Positions 17,589 to 26,741 of a DNA stretch of 33,423 bases are shown piece by piece. The stretch comes from a virus (taxonomy: Duplodnaviria; Heunggongvirae; Uroviricota; Caudoviricetes): IMG/VR virus record IMGVR_UViG_2541047939_000004; one strand, given 5' to 3'. A program made the position numbers and the translations under genes. The stretch's first letter is position 1; each line of letters opens with the position of its first letter. Below the pieces are notes generated by a model. It had not been told where the DNA came from and did not search any database. It saw nothing but the letters and a program-made list of their open reading frames with translations.

Positions 17589-18671
17589 TTAGAACTGATA
17601 AACCAGACCTACAGCGACGATGTCGTCGGTATCAATACCAGCTGTTTTGGTAAACTTACTATCGTCAATTAAGTTGATTTTGTAATCAACAAAAGTGGAC
17701 ATGTTTTTATTAAAGTAGTAAGTAGCACCGACATCGACATACTTGACTAAGTCTCGGTCACCATGAACACCAAGGTCTTTACCTTTTGACTGAAGGTAAG
17801 CAACAGATGGACGCAGACCGAAGTCAAACTGATATTGTGCTACTGCTTCAAAGTTTTGTGCTTTGTTTGCAATATGGTTATTACCAAAAACGGTCATATT
17901 CTGAGTTTCAGAATATGTGGTAGCCAGATAGATATTGTTCGCATCATATTTCAGGCCTGCAGCCCATACTTCCGCATTTTTGCCGGAGGCATTGAATTTG
18001 CTCTTACCATAGGCGACCTGACCGTCAGTGCGATCTGATTTAGCATAGGTTGCACCCACGCCGAATCCTTCATACTCATAAGTAGTGGAGAAACCGAAAC
18101 CATCACCATTGGCTTCAGTTACGTCAGTGCGGTCATTTTTACCCTGATACTGAGCAGCAAAGTTCAGGCCATCGACCAGACCAAAGAAGTCGTTGTTACG
18201 ATAAGTTGCAACACCAGTAGTGCGACCAGTCATGAACACATCTGTTTGGGTCCAGGTATCACCACCGAATTCTGGCAGAACGTCAGTCCACGCACCGATG
18301 TCGTATGCTACACCGTAGTTACGGCCGTAATCGATTGAGCCGTAATCACCAAATTTCAGGCCTGCAAATGCAAGACGGGTTTTGTCTTTGGAAGAACCTT
18401 GAGATTCAGCACGGTTGCCTTTGAATTCATATTCCCACTGACCGAAACCAGTCAGTTGATCGTTGATTTGGGTTTCACCTTTGAAGCCAAGACGGGCATA
18501 AGTAGTATCACCATCATCTGCATCATTAGAGGAGAAGTAGTGCTTGGCATTAACTTTCCCGTATAGATCCAGCTTGTTACTGTCTTTATTATAAATTTCA
18601 GCTGCCTGAGCAGACATCGCCATCAGTACTGATGCAGCTACAGCAGAAATTGCCACTGTTAATTTTTTCAT
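17589..18671 (-). CDS. nmpC: Outer-membrane general porin (NmpC/Lc/OmpC family), intact
   Basis: ATG 18671 with SD; signal peptide [23 protein letters not shown]; porin sequence ending ...GLVYQF; antisense to the late operon. Confidence 0.9.
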   Translation of the reverse strand: MKKLTVAISAVAASVLMAMSAQAAEIYNKDSNKLDLYGKVNAKHYFSSNDADDGDTTYARLGFKGETQINDQLTGFGQWEYEFKGNRAESQGSSKDKTRLAFAGLKFGDYGSIDYGRNYGVAYDIGAWTDVLPEFGGDTWTQTDVFMTGRTTGVATYRNNDFFGLVDGLNFAAQYQGKNDRTDVTEANGDGFGFSTTYEYEGFGVGATYAKSDRTDGQVAYGKSKFNASGKNAEVWAAGLKYDANNIYLATTYSETQNMTVFGNNHIANKAQNFEAVAQYQFDFGLRPSVAYLQSKGKDLGVHGDRDLVKYVDVGATYYFNKNMSTFVDYKINLIDDSKFTKTAGIDTDDIVAVGLVYQF

Positions 18672-19097
18672 TGTACGCCCTTTTTTTGAACTATTATTAA
18701 AAAATGATGTCACTGCGCGATAAATATTCATCTAATCAATGTGATTATTTCAAGATGTAAGTTTTAGTTTCTCATTTAATTTGTGAAGTAGATCTCTATT
18801 TTTATCTGAACCTTTTCTATCTAATCCTATTCATGGCTCTTGTCTGAACAAAAATAAATCTATTAGCTAATTTATATTAATGGCACTTATTTATAAGTGC
18901 TCTATAATTCTTTAGCTTAATTTAAACAAACTAAAAATAACATCGGAAATTATTAACTGGTTATTTGTTGAAGTTTTCTTATGCATTTGTGGTGGTGTTT
19001 TGAACACTCGGTGGCATTCTCACAAATATCATTTAGTAGTTTACGTACGTAAAAAATTGGTTATGCTGTTAAGAGTGGTTACTTCGTCACACAGCTT

Positions 19098-19130
19098 AAA
19101 CCCGCCGTCGAGCGGGTTTTTCCATTTTTT
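19098..19130 (+). terminator. Intrinsic terminator upstream of the lysis genes (alternative tR' candidate)
   Basis: CCCGC-CGTCGA-GCGGG hairpin followed by TTTTTCCATTTTTT. Confidence 0.4.
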
Positions 19131-19259
19131 GAGTCTCGATATTAGCTGATAACCCAATACCTGAGTTATTCACTGACTCCGAATCTGTTACGTTTCTGCC
19201 TTTATTGCGATACGTAGTATCCCCTTAATTTACACCCGCTTTGTCTGCGAGGTGGGGTT

Positions 19260-19475
19260 ATGAAATCCATGGATAAGTTAACAACGGGTGTCGCCTATGG
19301 TACCTCAGCAGGTAGTGCCGGGTACTGGTTTTTACAGTTGCTCGATAAAGTCACGCCCTCACAGTGGGCGGCAATAGGTGTGCTGGGTAGCCTGGTATTT
19401 GGCCTGCTGACGTACCTGACAAACCTTTATTTCAAGATTAAAGAAGATAAGCGCAAGGCTGCGAGAGGTGAATAA
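19260..19475 (+). CDS. S: Pinholin, S21 type (dual start MKSM)
   Basis: 71 aa [26 protein letters not shown]... matches remembered phage 21 S / DLP12 EssD; SD GAGGTGGGG. Confidence 0.9.
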
Positions 19476-19972
19476 TGCCTCCATCATTACGAAAAGCCGT
19501 TGCTGCTGCTATTGGTGGCGGAGCAATTGCTATAGCATCAGTGTTAATCACTGGCCCAAGTGGTAACGATGGTCTGGAAGGTGTCAGCTACATACCATAC
19601 AAAGATATTGTTGGTGTATGGACTGTATGTCACGGGCATACAGGAAAAGACATCATGCTCGGTAAAACGTATACCAAAGCAGAATGCAAAGCCCTCCTGA
19701 ATAAAGACCTTGCCACGGTCGCCAGACAAATTAACCCGTACATCAAAGTCGATATACCGGAAACAATGCGCGGCGCTCTTTACTCATTCGTTTACAACGT
19801 GGGTGCTGGCAATTTCAGAACATCGACGCTTCTTCGCAAAATAAACCAGGGCGATATCAAAGGCGCATGTGATCAGCTACGTCGCTGGACATATGCTGGC
19901 GGTAAGCAATGGAAAGGTCTCATGACTCGTCGTGAGATTGAGCGTGAAATCTGTTTGTGGGGTCAGCAATGA
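19475..19972 (+). CDS. R: SAR endolysin (T4-lysozyme-like)
   Basis: 165 aa with N-terminal Gly/Ala-rich SAR segment ([19 protein letters not shown]) and lysozyme core; TAATG overlap with holin. Confidence 0.9.
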   Translation: MPPSLRKAVAAAIGGGAIAIASVLITGPSGNDGLEGVSYIPYKDIVGVWTVCHGHTGKDIMLGKTYTKAECKALLNKDLATVARQINPYIKVDIPETMRGALYSFVYNVGAGNFRTSTLLRKINQGDIKGACDQLRRWTYAGGKQWKGLMTRREIEREICLWGQQ

Positions 19973-20430
19973 ACAGAGTAACCGCGATTATCTCCGCTCT
20001 GGTTATCTGCATCATCGTCTGCCTGTCATGGGCTGTTAATCATTACCGTGATAACGCCATTACCTACAAAGCCCAGCGCGACAAAAATGCCAGAGAACTG
20101 ACGCTGGCGAACGCGGCAATTACTGACATACAGATGCGTCAGCGTGATGTTGCTGCGCTCGATGCAAAATACACGAAGGAGTTAGCTGATGCGAAAGCTG
20201 AAAATGATGCTCTGCGTGATGATGTTGCCGCTGGTCGTCGTCGGTTGCACATCAAAGCAGTCTGTCAGTCAGTGCGTGAAGCCACCACCGCCTCCGGCGT
20301 GGATAATGCAGCCTCCCCCCGACTGGCAGACACCGCTGAACGGGATTATTTCACCCTCAGAGAGAGGCTGATCACTATGCAAAAACAACTGGAAGGAACC
20401 CAGAAGTATATTAATGAGCAGTGCAGATAG
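19969..20430 (+). CDS. Rz: Rz i-spanin
   Basis: ATG 19969 overlapping R stop (ATGA); N-terminal TM then coiled coil. Confidence 0.85.
   Translation: MNRVTAIISALVICIIVCLSWAVNHYRDNAITYKAQRDKNARELTLANAAITDIQMRQRDVAALDAKYTKELADAKAENDALRDDVAAGRRRLHIKAVCQSVREATTASGVDNAASPRLADTAERDYFTLRERLITMQKQLEGTQKYINEQCR
20189..20371 (+). CDS. Rz1: Rz1 o-spanin lipoprotein, embedded in Rz in +1 frame
   Basis: 60 aa with lipobox LVVVGC and proline-rich [19 protein letters not shown]. Confidence 0.8.
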   Translation: MRKLKMMLCVMMLPLVVVGCTSKQSVSQCVKPPPPPAWIMQPPPDWQTPLNGIISPSERG

Positions 20431-20461
20431 AGCTGCCCATATCGATGGGCAACTCATGCAA

Positions 20462-20755
20462 TTATTGTGAGCAATACACACGCGCTTCCAGCGGAGTATA
20501 AATGCCTAAAGTAATAAAACCGAGCAATCCATTTACGAATGTTTGCTGGGTTTCTGTTTTAACAACATTTTCTGCACCACCACAAATTTTTGCTGCATCG
20601 ACAGTTTTCTTCTGCCCAATTCCCGAAACGAAGAAATGATGGGTGATGGTTTCCTTTGGTGTTACTGCTGTAGGTTTGTTTCCAACAGTAAACGTCTGTT
20701 GAGCACATCCTGTAATAAGCATTGCCAGAGCGGCAGAAAACAACATTTTTTTCAT
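20462..20755 (-). CDS. bor: Bor lipoprotein (serum resistance)
   Basis: ATG 20755; MKKMLFSAALAMLITGCAQQTFTV... matches remembered lambda Bor. Confidence 0.85.
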   Translation of the reverse strand: MKKMLFSAALAMLITGCAQQTFTVGNKPTAVTPKETITHHFFVSGIGQKKTVDAAKICGGAENVVKTETQQTFVNGLLGFITLGIYTPLEARVYCSQ

Positions 20756-21235
20756 CTTATTATCCTGCATTGTTAAAAACGGCAGAATCCTATGTGACAA
20801 CAATTAAACGATAGTTAAATGGATTGATGAAAATTAAAACTACACAGGTGGGCTCAGACTATTGGAGGAAGTTGGGGACACTCAGAATCCTGTGGAATGA
20901 AATAAACCGGTCTATCCGTCCATTACCCTTTTAGCTGCGCTGTATCGTCGCCGTATTCCCGCATTAACCATGACCGTAGCCCGACGGGGAATTCCTTCTG
21001 CGTGAGTGTGCGGGAATAATTAAAAACGATGCACACCGGGTTTTTACCGCGTTAATGATTCGCGGGTTTATCCCGGTGCGATGGTGGAAGAAACAGGAAG
21101 CTGTATTACAGAAAGTGCTACTACTGTATCCCGATGCGATGTATGTAATGTGAGTCAGATAATGGCACAGGATGTGGTGATGTGGCAGTCTGGAACACAG
21201 GATATATTGTCAGAATAAGACCCGTAGGAATAAAA

Positions 21236-21562
21236 ATGAAAAGACGCCTTTTACTACTTTTTCTGTTATCTGTCCTGGCAGTGGGATGCTCGCAGCAAAA
21301 AGCTGATGAGCCCCGGCAATTAGTGACGGTGTATCCACGATATCCGGAATATGCTGCAGCAAATTATATCAAGGGGCTGGTTGAGGTTAAGTTCGATATT
21401 GGTGCTGATGGGACTGTGACACGGATCGTTTTTCTCCGCTCAGAGCCTCATAATTTGTTTCGTGATGAAGTGGTGAAGGCCATGGCGAAATGGCGATTTG
21501 AAAAGAATCGCCCCTGTCAGGGAGTGAAGAGACAATTTATCTTTACGCCGTCACGTCCTTGA
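21236..21562 (+). CDS. Lipoprotein with TonB C-terminal-like domain (moron)
   Basis: ATG 21236; signal plus lipobox MKRRLLLLFLLSVLAVGCSQ; C-terminal region resembles TonB-C fold proteins (pattern-based guess). Confidence 0.5.
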   Translation: MKRRLLLLFLLSVLAVGCSQQKADEPRQLVTVYPRYPEYAAANYIKGLVEVKFDIGADGTVTRIVFLRSEPHNLFRDEVVKAMAKWRFEKNRPCQGVKRQFIFTPSRP

Positions 21563-21684
21563 TGCTTCCAGGTAGAGAGGGGCTGGAAGCAGGAGAAAAA
21601 TGAAAGAGCCAGCGGTTATATTTTTGTCATGGCTGACGAGGAATGATGGAAGAAGGCGTTGTATGCCACACAACGCCTCACTGT

Positions 21685-21864
21685 TCATTTCTTCTTTTTC
21701 TCTGGTGGAACCCGATGAATAAGAGTTGCACTGGTTTCCGATGAGATGGCGATATACTCGGGCAAAGTATGCTGGCAGTTTTCCAACTGGTCAAAAATAC
21801 CTGCTCTCGTCTGTTGCAATGCCTGCAGCATGCGGCGGCAATGCGCCTTGCTTTTACTAACCAT
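21685..21864 (-). CDS. hypothetical small basic protein
   Basis: Internal ATG 21864 preceded by GAGGAAGGAAAG; 59 aa MVSKSKAHCRRMLQALQQ...; overlaps other candidate ORFs, weak. Confidence 0.3.
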   Translation of the reverse strand: MVSKSKAHCRRMLQALQQTRAGIFDQLENCQHTLPEYIAISSETSATLIHRVPPEKKKK

Positions 21865-21925
21865 CTTTCCTTCCTCTATCAGTCGCTGCGTGAACTCATC
21901 ATGGAATACCAGGTAAATGCGGATG

Positions 21926-22177
21926 TTATCGGTTTTGGCTACGCAGCATAGTACAAAACGGACAGGTGCATCCCGGGACGGGGGAGGCGTCACATGTCCC
22001 TGTGATGGTTGTTCCGGGTAATGTACTGTGTGGGGCATAAAAATGTCCGATAATTTTACTTTCTACCGCAGTTAGTTGATTCGTTGGTCCTGGTAGCACA
22101 TTGGGCGAGGATTTAAATGCTAGGCAACTGAAGGATGATGTCGCAAGGGAGATAGCGAGAATATTTCTGATTTTCAT
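21926..22177 (-). CDS. hypothetical small secreted protein
   Basis: ATG 22177 with SD AGAGG; predicted signal peptide MKIRNILAISLATSSFSCLA; Cys-rich C-terminus; adjacent to cos. Confidence 0.3.
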   Translation of the reverse strand: MKIRNILAISLATSSFSCLAFKSSPNVLPGPTNQLTAVESKIIGHFYAPHSTLPGTTITGTCDASPVPGCTCPFCTMLRSQNR

Positions 22178-22325
22178 TTGATGATGCCTCTGTGTGAAAT
22201 GACGGTAAACGACGCACTTGTGCCGGCACATAATAGCAAGCACCATAATAGATCAGATTCGATTCTTGCTGTAAGTGATAATTATTCTCGTTTTCGGGTC
22301 CTTTCCGTCGATCCAACAGGTTACG

Positions 22326-22337
22326 GGGCGGCGACCT
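22326..22337 (+). other. cos: cosN cohesive-end site (cosB follows to ~22510)
   Basis: GGGCGGCGACCT matches the lambda 12-nt cohesive end; followed by lambda-like cosB sequence (TTTATGAAAATTTT...) immediately upstream of Nu1. Confidence 0.75.
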
Positions 22338-22513
22338 CGCGGTTTTTCACTATTTATGAAAATTTTTCAGGGAAAATCGTGTCGGTACTTCTCGAATATA
22401 ACTTTTTGTTTTTTTTAATATTGCATCCGTAAAGGTCCGACATGAAAGTGTCCGAAAATGCCTTTTTCTGGCGTTTTCATGTCGGGCCTTGTATTTGATA
22501 ATGGGTTGTTTTC

Positions 22514-23062
22514 ATGAAGGTTAATAAAAAGAGGCTTGCCGAAATTTTCAACGTGGACCCGCGGACGATTGAACGCTGGCAGTCTCAGGGACTCCCTTGC
22601 GCCTCCAAAGGTAGTAAGGGCATTGAATCTGTATTTGATACTGCCATGGCAATTCAGTGGTATGCGCAGAGGGAAACTGATATCGAAAACGAAAAGCTCC
22701 GCAAAGAACTGGACGATTTGCGTGCGGCAGCGGAGTCAGATTTACAACCCGGCACCATTGACTATGAACGCTACCGGCTCACAAAAGCGCAGGCAGATGC
22801 GCAGGAACTGAAAAATGCCCGTGAAGACGGAGTAGTGCTGGAAACTGAACTGTTTACCTTCATTCTGCAACGTGTGGCACAGGAGATTTCGGGGATACTT
22901 GTGCGTGTGCCGTTGACATTACAGCGTAAATATCCGGACATTTCACCATCACACCTTGATGTGGTGAAAACTGAAATCGCGAAAGCCTCCAATGTTGCAG
23001 CTAAGGCCGGTGAAAACGTGGGCGGGTGGATCGATGATTTCAGACGCGCAGAAGGCAGCTAA
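22514..23062 (+). CDS. nu1: Terminase small subunit Nu1
   Basis: 182 aa [26 protein letters not shown]... with lambda Nu1 core IENEKLR...[24 protein letters not shown]. Confidence 0.9.
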
Positions 23063-24962
23063 TGCAGCCGGTGCGATAGCTACAGGGCTTTTATCTCTCA
23101 TTATTCCTGTTCCACTGACGACAGTTCAGTGGGCCAATAAACATTATTACCTTCCTAAAGAGTCGTCTTATACCCCGGGGCGATGGGAAACACTGCCGTT
23201 TCAGGTTGGCATCATGAACTGTATGGGCAACGATCTGATTCGCACGGTTAACCTGATTAAATCTGCCCGTGTTGGTTATACAAAGATGTTGCTGGGAGTG
23301 GAGGCTTATTTTATTGAGCATAAATCACGCAACAGCCTTCTTTTTCAGCCCACGGACTCAGCTGCTGAAGATTTTATGAAATCTCATGTTGAGCCAACGA
23401 TAAGGGATGTTCCTGCATTGCTGGAGCTGGCTCCATGGTTCGGAAGAAAACACCGCGATAATACGCTCACCCTGAAGCGTTTTTCCTCCGGTGTGGGGTT
23501 CTGGTGTCTGGGTGGTGCGGCAGCAAAAAACTACCGTGAAAAATCCGTGGATGTGGTCTGTTATGACGAGCTTTCCTCGTTCGAACCGGATGTTGAAAAA
23601 GAGGGTTCGCCAACCCTGCTGGGGGATAAACGTATTGAGGGCTCTGTATGGCCAAAATCCATTCGCGGCTCGACGCCTAAAATCAAAGGCTCCTGCCAGA
23701 TCGAAAAAGCCGCTAACGAGTCGGCACACTTCATGCGTTTTTATGTGCCCTGTCCGCACTGTGGGGAGGAGCAGTATCTGAAATTTGGCGATGATGCCTC
23801 GCCTTTCGGTCTTAAGTGGGAGAAGAATAAGCCAGAAAGTGTTTTCTACCTTTGTGAGCATCATGGCTGTGTGATCCATCAGTCTGAGCTTGACCAGAGT
23901 AACGGGCGGTGGATCTGTGAAAACACGGGCATGTGGACCCGTGACGGCCTGATGTTTTTCAGCGCCCGGGGTGATGAAATTCCGCCGCCGCGCTCCATCA
24001 CTTTCCATATCTGGACGGCGTACAGTCCGTTCACCACCTGGGTACAGATTGTCTATGACTGGCTGGATGCACTGAAAGATCCCAACGGCCTGAAAACCTT
24101 TGTGAACACCACGCTGGGCGAGACCTGGGAAGAGGCTGTGGGCGAAAAACTCGATCACCAGGTGCTGATGGATAAGGTTGTGCGTTACACGGCGGCGGTG
24201 CCTGCCCGGGTGGTTTATCTGACGGCGGGCATTGACTCGCAGCGAAACCGTTTTGAGATGTATGTCTGGGGATGGGCTCCGGGAGAGGAAGCCTTTCTGG
24301 TGGATAAAATCATCATTATGGGGCGTCCCGATGAGGAAGAGACGCTGTTACGTGTGGATGCGGCGATCAACAAAAAATACCGCCATGCAGACGGAACCGA
24401 AATGACCATTTCCCGTGTCTGCTGGGACATCGGGGGGATCGATGGCGAAATCGTTTATCAGAGGTCAAAAAAACACGGTGTTTTCCGGGTGCTGCCGGTA
24501 AAAGGCGCATCTGTCTATGGCAAGCCGGTGATCACCATGCCAAAAACCCGCAATCAGCGGGGCGTGTATCTGTGTGAAGTGGGGACGGACACCGCAAAAG
24601 AAATTCTCTATGCCCGTATGAAAGCCGATCCCACGCCTGTGGATGAAGCCACGTCGTATGCTATCCGTTTTCCTGATGATCCGGAGATTTTTTCGCAGAC
24701 AGAGGCGCAGCAACTGGTCGCGGAAGAGCTTGTGGAGAAGTGGGAAAAAGGAAAGATGCGTCTGCTGTGGGATAACAAAAAGCGGCGTAACGAAGCGCTG
24801 GACTGCCTGGTGTATGCCTACGCGGCATTACGTGTGTCCGTGCAACGCTGGCAGCTTGATCTGGCTGTACTGGCAAAATCCCGGGAAGAAGAGACGACCC
24901 GGCCAACCCTTAAAGAACTGGCAGCGAAGCTGTCCGGAGGAGTGAATGGTTACAGTCGCTGA
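23034..24962 (+). CDS. A: Terminase large subunit A
   Basis: Strong similarity to remembered lambda gpA; start set at ATG 23034, overlapping Nu1 by 29 nt as in lambda; the track start at 22992 is an alternative. Confidence 0.9.
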
Positions 24963-25152
24963 ACTGCAGGCGCTGCGTCAGGCGCGCCTTGATTTATTAA
25001 CCGGTAAACGGGTGGTGTCTGTCCAGAAAGATGGTCGCAGAATTGAATATACGGCGGCTTCTCTGGATGAGCTTAACCGGGCGATCAATGATGCGGAGTC
25101 GGTACTGGGGACAACCCGGTGTCGCCGTCGTCCGCTGGGAGTGAGGTTATGA
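24946..25152 (+). CDS. W: Head-tail joining protein W
   Basis: 68 aa with lambda W core LLTGKRVVSVQKDGRRIEYTAAS. Confidence 0.85.
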   Translation: MVTVAELQALRQARLDLLTGKRVVSVQKDGRRIEYTAASLDELNRAINDAESVLGTTRCRRRPLGVRL

Positions 25153-26741
25153 AACGAACGCCTGTCCTGATTGATGTGAACGGCGTTCCGCTTCGTGAGA
25201 GTCTCAGCTACAACGGGGGCGGTGCAGGATTTGGCGGGCAAATGGCTGAGTGGTTGCCACCGGCGCAGAGTGCCGATGCGGCCCTGCTGCCCGCGTTGCG
25301 TCTGGGGAATGCCCGGGCAGATGATCTGGTGCGCAATAACGGAATAGCGGCTAATGCGGTGGCTCTGCATAAGGATCACATTGTCGGGCATATGTTTCTG
25401 ATCAGCTACCGTCCGAACTGGCGCTGGCTGGGGATGCGGGAGACCGCAGCAAAAAGCTTTGTCGATGAGGTGGAGGCGGCCTGGTCGGAATACGCCGAAG
25501 GGATGTTTGGCGAGATCGACATGGAAGGAAAACGCACGTTCACGGAATTTATCCGTGAAGGTGTGGGCGTTCATGCGTTTAACGGCGAAATCTTTGTGCA
25601 GCCGGTCTGGGATACGGAAACCACGCAGTTATTCCGTACGCGTTTTAAAGCCGTGAGTCCGAAACGGGTGGACACGCCTGGACACGGTATGGGGAACCGT
25701 TTTCTGCGGGCCGGTGTGGAGGTCGATCGATATGGCCGTGCCGTCGCGTACCATATCTGTGAGGATGATTTTCCGTTCTCTGGTAGTGGACGATGGGAAC
25801 GGATCCCGCGTGAACTTCCCACCGGGCGTCCGGCCATGCTGCATATTTTCGAGCCGGTGGAGGACGGGCAGACCCGTGGGGCTAATCAGTTTTACAGCGT
25901 CATGGAACGGCTGAAGATGCTCGATTCCCTGCAGGCAACACAGCTTCAGTCGGCCATAGTGAAGGCGATGTATGCAGCGACGATTGAAAGTGAACTTGAT
26001 ACCGAAAAGGCCTTTGAATATATCGCCGGCGCGCCACAGGAGCAGAAGGATAATCCGCTTATTAATATTCTGGAGAAGTTTTCCAGCTGGTATGACACGA
26101 ATAACGTGACACTGGGCGGTGTCAAAATTCCGCACCTTTTCCCTGGTGATGATCTGAAACTACAGACTGCGCAGGATTCAGACAATGGATTTTCTGCGCT
26201 TGAACAGGCGCTGCTGCGGTATATCGCCGCCGGTCTTGGCGTTTCCTACGAACAGTTGTCCCGTGATTACTCGAAGGTCGGTTACTCAAGTGCCCGCGCC
26301 TCCGCCAATGAGTCGTGGCGCTATTTTATGGGGCGGCGAAAATTTATTGCGGCCCGGCTGGCCACGCAGATGTTTTCCTGCTGGCTGGAAGAGGCACTTC
26401 TTCGGGGGATTATTCGTCCGCCACGGGCACGTTTTGATTTTTATCAGGCGCGATCAGCCTGGTCACGGGCAGAGTGGATTGGTGCCGGAAGAATGGCCAT
26501 TGACGGGCTCAAGGAAGTCCAGGAATCAGTGATGCGCATTGAGGCCGGACTGAGCACGTATGAGAAAGAGCTGGCGCTGATGGGCGAGGATTATCAGGAC
26601 ATTTTCCGCCAGCAGGTCAGGGAATCTGCTGAGCGGCAAAAAGCCGGACTCTCACGTCCGGTGTGGATAGAGCAGGCGTATCAGCAGCAGATAGCGGAGA
26701 GTCGTAGGCCGGAAGAGGAGACAACACCACGTGAGACGTAA
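25149..26741 (+). CDS. B: Portal protein B
   Basis: ATG 25149 overlapping W stop (ATGA); strong similarity to remembered lambda gpB. Confidence 0.9.
   Translation: MKRTPVLIDVNGVPLRESLSYNGGGAGFGGQMAEWLPPAQSADAALLPALRLGNARADDLVRNNGIAANAVALHKDHIVGHMFLISYRPNWRWLGMRETAAKSFVDEVEAAWSEYAEGMFGEIDMEGKRTFTEFIREGVGVHAFNGEIFVQPVWDTETTQLFRTRFKAVSPKRVDTPGHGMGNRFLRAGVEVDRYGRAVAYHICEDDFPFSGSGRWERIPRELPTGRPAMLHIFEPVEDGQTRGANQFYSVMERLKMLDSLQATQLQSAIVKAMYAATIESELDTEKAFEYIAGAPQEQKDNPLINILEKFSSWYDTNNVTLGGVKIPHLFPGDDLKLQTAQDSDNGFSALEQALLRYIAAGLGVSYEQLSRDYSKVGYSSARASANESWRYFMGRRKFIAARLATQMFSCWLEEALLRGIIRPPRARFDFYQARSAWSRAEWIGAGRMAIDGLKEVQESVMRIEAGLSTYEKELALMGEDYQDIFRQQVRESAERQKAGLSRPVWIEQAYQQQIAESRRPEEETTPRET

Noticed and set aside
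17835-18038. Small plus-strand ORF inside nmpC
   Set aside because: Antisense to the intact porin gene; no translation signals.
20436-20453. Hairpin TGCCCAT-ATCG-ATGGGCA between convergent Rz and bor as a bidirectional terminator
   Set aside because: No U-run on either strand; only a possible structure, not reported as a feature.
23358-24158. 266-aa minus-strand ORF inside the terminase large subunit gene (similar shadow ORFs at 25629-26135, 26746-27321, 26768-27193, 27531-27876)
   Set aside because: Antisense to strongly supported lambda-like structural genes; GC-rich reverse frames commonly stay open; no SD or coherent start.
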